NCBI GenBank assembly: GCA_947507875.1 | Contig: CANNQP010000003.1 | Coordinates: 132,299 to 196,298, forward strand | Direction of reading: 5' to 3' | Length of the DNA: 64,000 nucleotides | From: Verrucomicrobiaceae bacterium | Lineage (GTDB): Bacteria; Verrucomicrobiota; Verrucomicrobiia; Verrucomicrobiales; Verrucomicrobiaceae | Position numbers and translations under genes: made by a program | The notes under the pieces: model-generated | What the model was told of the DNA's origin: nothing | What the model saw: only the letters and a program-made list of their open reading frames with translations | The model's database searches: none | Shown here: positions 61,622 to 64,000 of the stretch, piece after piece | Position numbering within the stretch: position 1 is the first letter of the stretch | Layout of the letters: the number at the start of each line of letters is the position of its first letter

Positions 61622-62599
61622 ATGACCTCAGGTTGGATCGCGCTGCTGGATGACCTCGCCACGCTTACGAAGGTGGCGGCCTCTTCACTTGATGACGCTG
61701 CTGGCCAGGCAGCCAAAGCAGGGAGTAAAGCGGCGGGCATCGTCATTGATGACGCGGCCGTCACCCCCCGTTACGTGGTCGGTCTCAGCGCGGATCGTGA
61801 ACTGCCGATCATTGCCAAAATCGCCGTCGGCTCGTTGAAAAACAAGATGCTCCTGCTCCTTCCAGGAGCGCTGCTGCTGAGCTTTTTCGCACCCTGGGCC
61901 ATCACGCCGCTGCTCATGGCGGGCGGCGCTTTCCTCTGCCTGGAAGGTTACCACAAGGTCATGGACCTCGTGCGCCCCGGTCATGGCGATCACGCCGAGG
62001 CGACCCCCGGCGCGCAATCGGCGGAAGAGCTGGAAAAACAGCGCGTGAGCAGTGCCATCCGCACCGATTTCATCCTCTCGGCTGAGATCATGGCCATCAC
62101 CCTTGCCTCCGTCGCCACCTCTCCGGTCTGGCTTCAAGCGGCCGTGCTGGGGGTCGTCGGCGCAGGCATGACGCTGCTCGTTTATGGCGCCGTGGCGGTG
62201 ATCGTCAAAGCAGACGATGCTGGAGTCGCCCTTGCTCGACAGTCCCATGGCATCCTTCGGGCACTCGGACGTGGCATCGTGCTTGGCATGCCCGTGTTTT
62301 TGAAGGGGCTCAGCCTGATTGGCATGGTGGCCATGCTCTGGGTCGGAGGTGGTATTCTCATTCACGGCCTACATGAACTCGGTATGCACGGCCCCGAAGA
62401 AGCCGTTCATCACGCCGCCGAATTGGTGGCAGGCATCATCCCCACCGTGAGGGCCTTCCTCACCTGGCTTGTCGGCGCCGGCATCTCCGGTGTGCTAGGC
62501 GTCATCGTCGGTGCCTTGGTCGATCCGCTCGCCAACCACGTTTTGATCCCCGCGTTCCAGGTGCTGAAGAAGCGCTTGGGACGCAAGTCGGCAGCCTGA
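61622..62599 (+). CDS. DUF808 (YedI-like) inner-membrane protein
   Basis: 325 aa. 'LLDDLATLTKVAASSLDD...AAGIVIDDAAVTPRYVVGLSADRELPIIAKIAVGSLKNKMLLLLPGALLLS' matches the conserved DUF808 N-terminus. Confidence 0.8.
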   Translation: MTSGWIALLDDLATLTKVAASSLDDAAGQAAKAGSKAAGIVIDDAAVTPRYVVGLSADRELPIIAKIAVGSLKNKMLLLLPGALLLSFFAPWAITPLLMAGGAFLCLEGYHKVMDLVRPGHGDHAEATPGAQSAEELEKQRVSSAIRTDFILSAEIMAITLASVATSPVWLQAAVLGVVGAGMTLLVYGAVAVIVKADDAGVALARQSHGILRALGRGIVLGMPVFLKGLSLIGMVAMLWVGGGILIHGLHELGMHGPEEAVHHAAELVAGIIPTVRAFLTWLVGAGISGVLGVIVGALVDPLANHVLIPAFQVLKKRLGRKSAA

Positions 62600-62649
62600 C
62601 GATTCCACCGCGAGAGGTGGGATAACCGCAGAAAAAAGCTGTTAAAATC

Positions 62650-63018
62650 ATGAAACCCACCCAAAACCGATTTCAAATCTGGGCACTTATCGCCATCTCA
62701 GGCTGGCTTGCGGTTTGGGTTCCTTGGATGCTTGCGGGTGCTGTCAGAAACATGATTGATGGCATGAAGCCTATCTCCTTTCTGCTTCTTGGACTCCTCG
62801 GGCTGTTCGCTCGGATGCATCTACCGTTGAGGTCATGGCAGGTGGCCGCAGCCTCCGTCACGGCCTTTCCCATCTGGGCTTTGGTGGATGCTGCCTTGCA
62901 CCCAGACACTCACAATCTGCTCGGGCTCGAAATCATCCTGTACGGCTTCTTTGGAATCCCGCCCTTGGTGGGTGCCGTGATCGGAAAATGGATCGAAAAG
63001 GGTCACTCCACCTCGTGA
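62650..63018 (+). CDS. Small hypothetical membrane protein (about 4 TM segments)
   Basis: 122 aa with four hydrophobic stretches. I recognised no motif. Confidence 0.45.
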   Translation: MKPTQNRFQIWALIAISGWLAVWVPWMLAGAVRNMIDGMKPISFLLLGLLGLFARMHLPLRSWQVAAASVTAFPIWALVDAALHPDTHNLLGLEIILYGFFGIPPLVGAVIGKWIEKGHSTS

Positions 63019-63034
63019 TTGAACCCGATAGGCG

Positions 63035-63052
63035 CCCCTCACCCGTGAGGGG
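63035..63052. terminator. Hairpin between convergent genes (possible bidirectional terminator)
   Basis: 'cccctca cccg tgagggg' forms a 7-bp GC-rich stem with a 4-nt loop. No clear U-tract follows on either side. Confidence 0.35.
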
Positions 63053-63085
63053 ATCATGGCATACCTACGAGTGGTTGCTTTAGCC

Positions 63086-64000
63086 TCATTGCACCCGTGC
63101 TCTCGCCACGGCTTTTTGAAATGCCTCACGCACCGGACTGGCATCGCTGTTGGGGAAATTCGCGCGCTGTACGATCAGCACGTAAATGACGTCCTTCTTC
63201 GGGTCAATCCACGCCTGCGTGCCCCACGCGCCGCCGTGGCCGAAGGTGCCGGGCGAGAGCATTTCCGCGAGACCTTCATGCGGCTGCTTCAAGACACACG
63301 CGCCGATGCCCCAGCCGTAGTTCGCGCCGTGATTGCCGAACTCTGCTCGCTGGAAGAAGCCACACGGCAGATCCCCTGTATGCACGGAGGACAGCGTTTG
63401 CACCGCCTCGGCACTGAGGAGGCGTTTCCCATCCAGGGTGCCGCCATTGAGCAACATGCGGCAGAAGCGCGTGTAGTCCTTCGCGCAGGAATACAGGCCA
63501 CCGTTGCCCTGCGGCGGACGCCCGCGCTTGCCAAAGTCACCACGTGGCGGCACAGGATCGAGTTTGCCCGTCTCTTTGTTCTTCGCGTACCCGGTGACCA
63601 CCTGCGCCCACTGCGCATCGGTGGGATAAAAAGTCGTGTTCGTCATGCCGAGCGGGTCAAAGAGACGCTTCTGCAAGAATTCGTCAAAGGTCATGCCGCT
63701 GATCACCTCCACGATGCGCGATGCCGTGTTGATGCCGGACTGGCAGTATTGCCACCGAGAACCTGGCTCAAACTGCATCGGCGTCGCCAGCCAGATCGGC
63801 ACCAGATCGGCGAGCGTGTGCGCTTCATCTGCCTTTGGCCCCTTTGCTTCGCCGAGCCCCGACGTGTGCGTGAGCACCTGAGTGATCGTGAGATTCGCCA
63901 GCTTGCCGGAAGGCGTCTTCAATGCGGCGAATTCAGGGATGAACTTCGAGACCGGGTCCGCGATGTTCAGCTTCCCCTCATCCTGAAGCATCAGGATCGC
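63086..64000 (-). CDS. Beta-lactamase-family serine hydrolase (class C / PBP-like), C-terminal part; the gene leaves the right edge of the window
   Basis: Motifs are 'ILMLQDEGKLNIADPVSKFIPEF', 'VLTHTSGL', 'GGLYSCAKDYTRFCRMLLNGG' and 'FGHGGAWGTQAWIDPKKDVIYVLIVQR'. The reading frame stays open upstream of the track's Met at 63991, up to nt 64000. Confidence 0.8.
   Translation of the reverse strand, partial: AILMLQDEGKLNIADPVSKFIPEFAALKTPSGKLANLTITQVLTHTSGLGEAKGPKADEAHTLADLVPIWLATPMQFEPGSRWQYCQSGINTASRIVEVISGMTFDEFLQKRLFDPLGMTNTTFYPTDAQWAQVVTGYAKNKETGKLDPVPPRGDFGKRGRPPQGNGGLYSCAKDYTRFCRMLLNGGTLDGKRLLSAEAVQTLSSVHTGDLPCGFFQRAEFGNHGANYGWGIGACVLKQPHEGLAEMLSPGTFGHGGAWGTQAWIDPKKDVIYVLIVQRANFPNSDASPVREAFQKAVARARVQ

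Noticed and set aside
1-64000. A search for CRISPR arrays, tRNA/rRNA genes, IS elements, integrases and prophage genes
   Set aside because: I saw no regularly spaced direct repeats, no cloverleaf-like sequence in any intergenic region, and no transposase, integrase or phage-structural motifs in any frame of the ORF track. tRNAscan-SE, ISEScan or CRISPRCasFinder could confirm this absence.

Overview
This 64-kb window is GC-rich bacterial chromosome, probably from the PVC superphylum and most likely Verrucomicrobiota. That assignment is an inference from a PSCyt/DUF1549/DUF1553 protein, an ECF sigma factor paired with a Ser/Thr kinase, and a giant secreted protein whose C-terminal tail reads 'DADTNGNGIQNLMEF...FYRARAV'.

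Layout:
- (1) 1-25.7 kb: one minus-strand array of 22 tightly coupled glycan-assembly genes. It holds 13 glycosyltransferase domains, four methyltransferases, a UbiA-type prenyl-phosphate phosphoribosyltransferase-like gene, a GT-C membrane transferase, Wzm/Wzt, rfbA/rfbB and a carbamoyltransferase.
- (2) 26-38 kb: a PSCyt/DUF1553 protein, a PL10-like pectate lyase, a VapBC pair, two secreted proteins that share a 5' signal-peptide cassette, moaE, and a transporter-kinase-aldolase operon.
- (3) 38-47.7 kb: proS, then an atypical trio made of a zinc-ribbon MotA/ExbB-like channel and two coiled-coil ExbD-like proteins, then an SNF2 helicase placed 15 nt after a RES-Xre toxin-antitoxin pair.
- (4) 47.8-52.6 kb: housekeeping genes (nifS-like, glmS, ahcY).
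- (5) 52.7-60.9 kb: a Ser/Thr kinase and an ECF sigma factor, divergent from a 1,934-aa secreted mosaic protein that contains a di-haem peroxidase-like module. This whole 8.6-kb block is bracketed by direct repeats of the ahcY 3' end and its terminator.
- (6) 61.6-64 kb: a DUF808 protein, a small membrane protein and a partial beta-lactamase-family hydrolase.

I recognised no rRNA, tRNA, CRISPR array, transposase or integrase.

All functional calls come from reading the translations for motifs. No database search was run. Several ORF-track starts were shortened to internal ATG codons that give 4-nt ATGA stop/start overlaps or plausible signal peptides.
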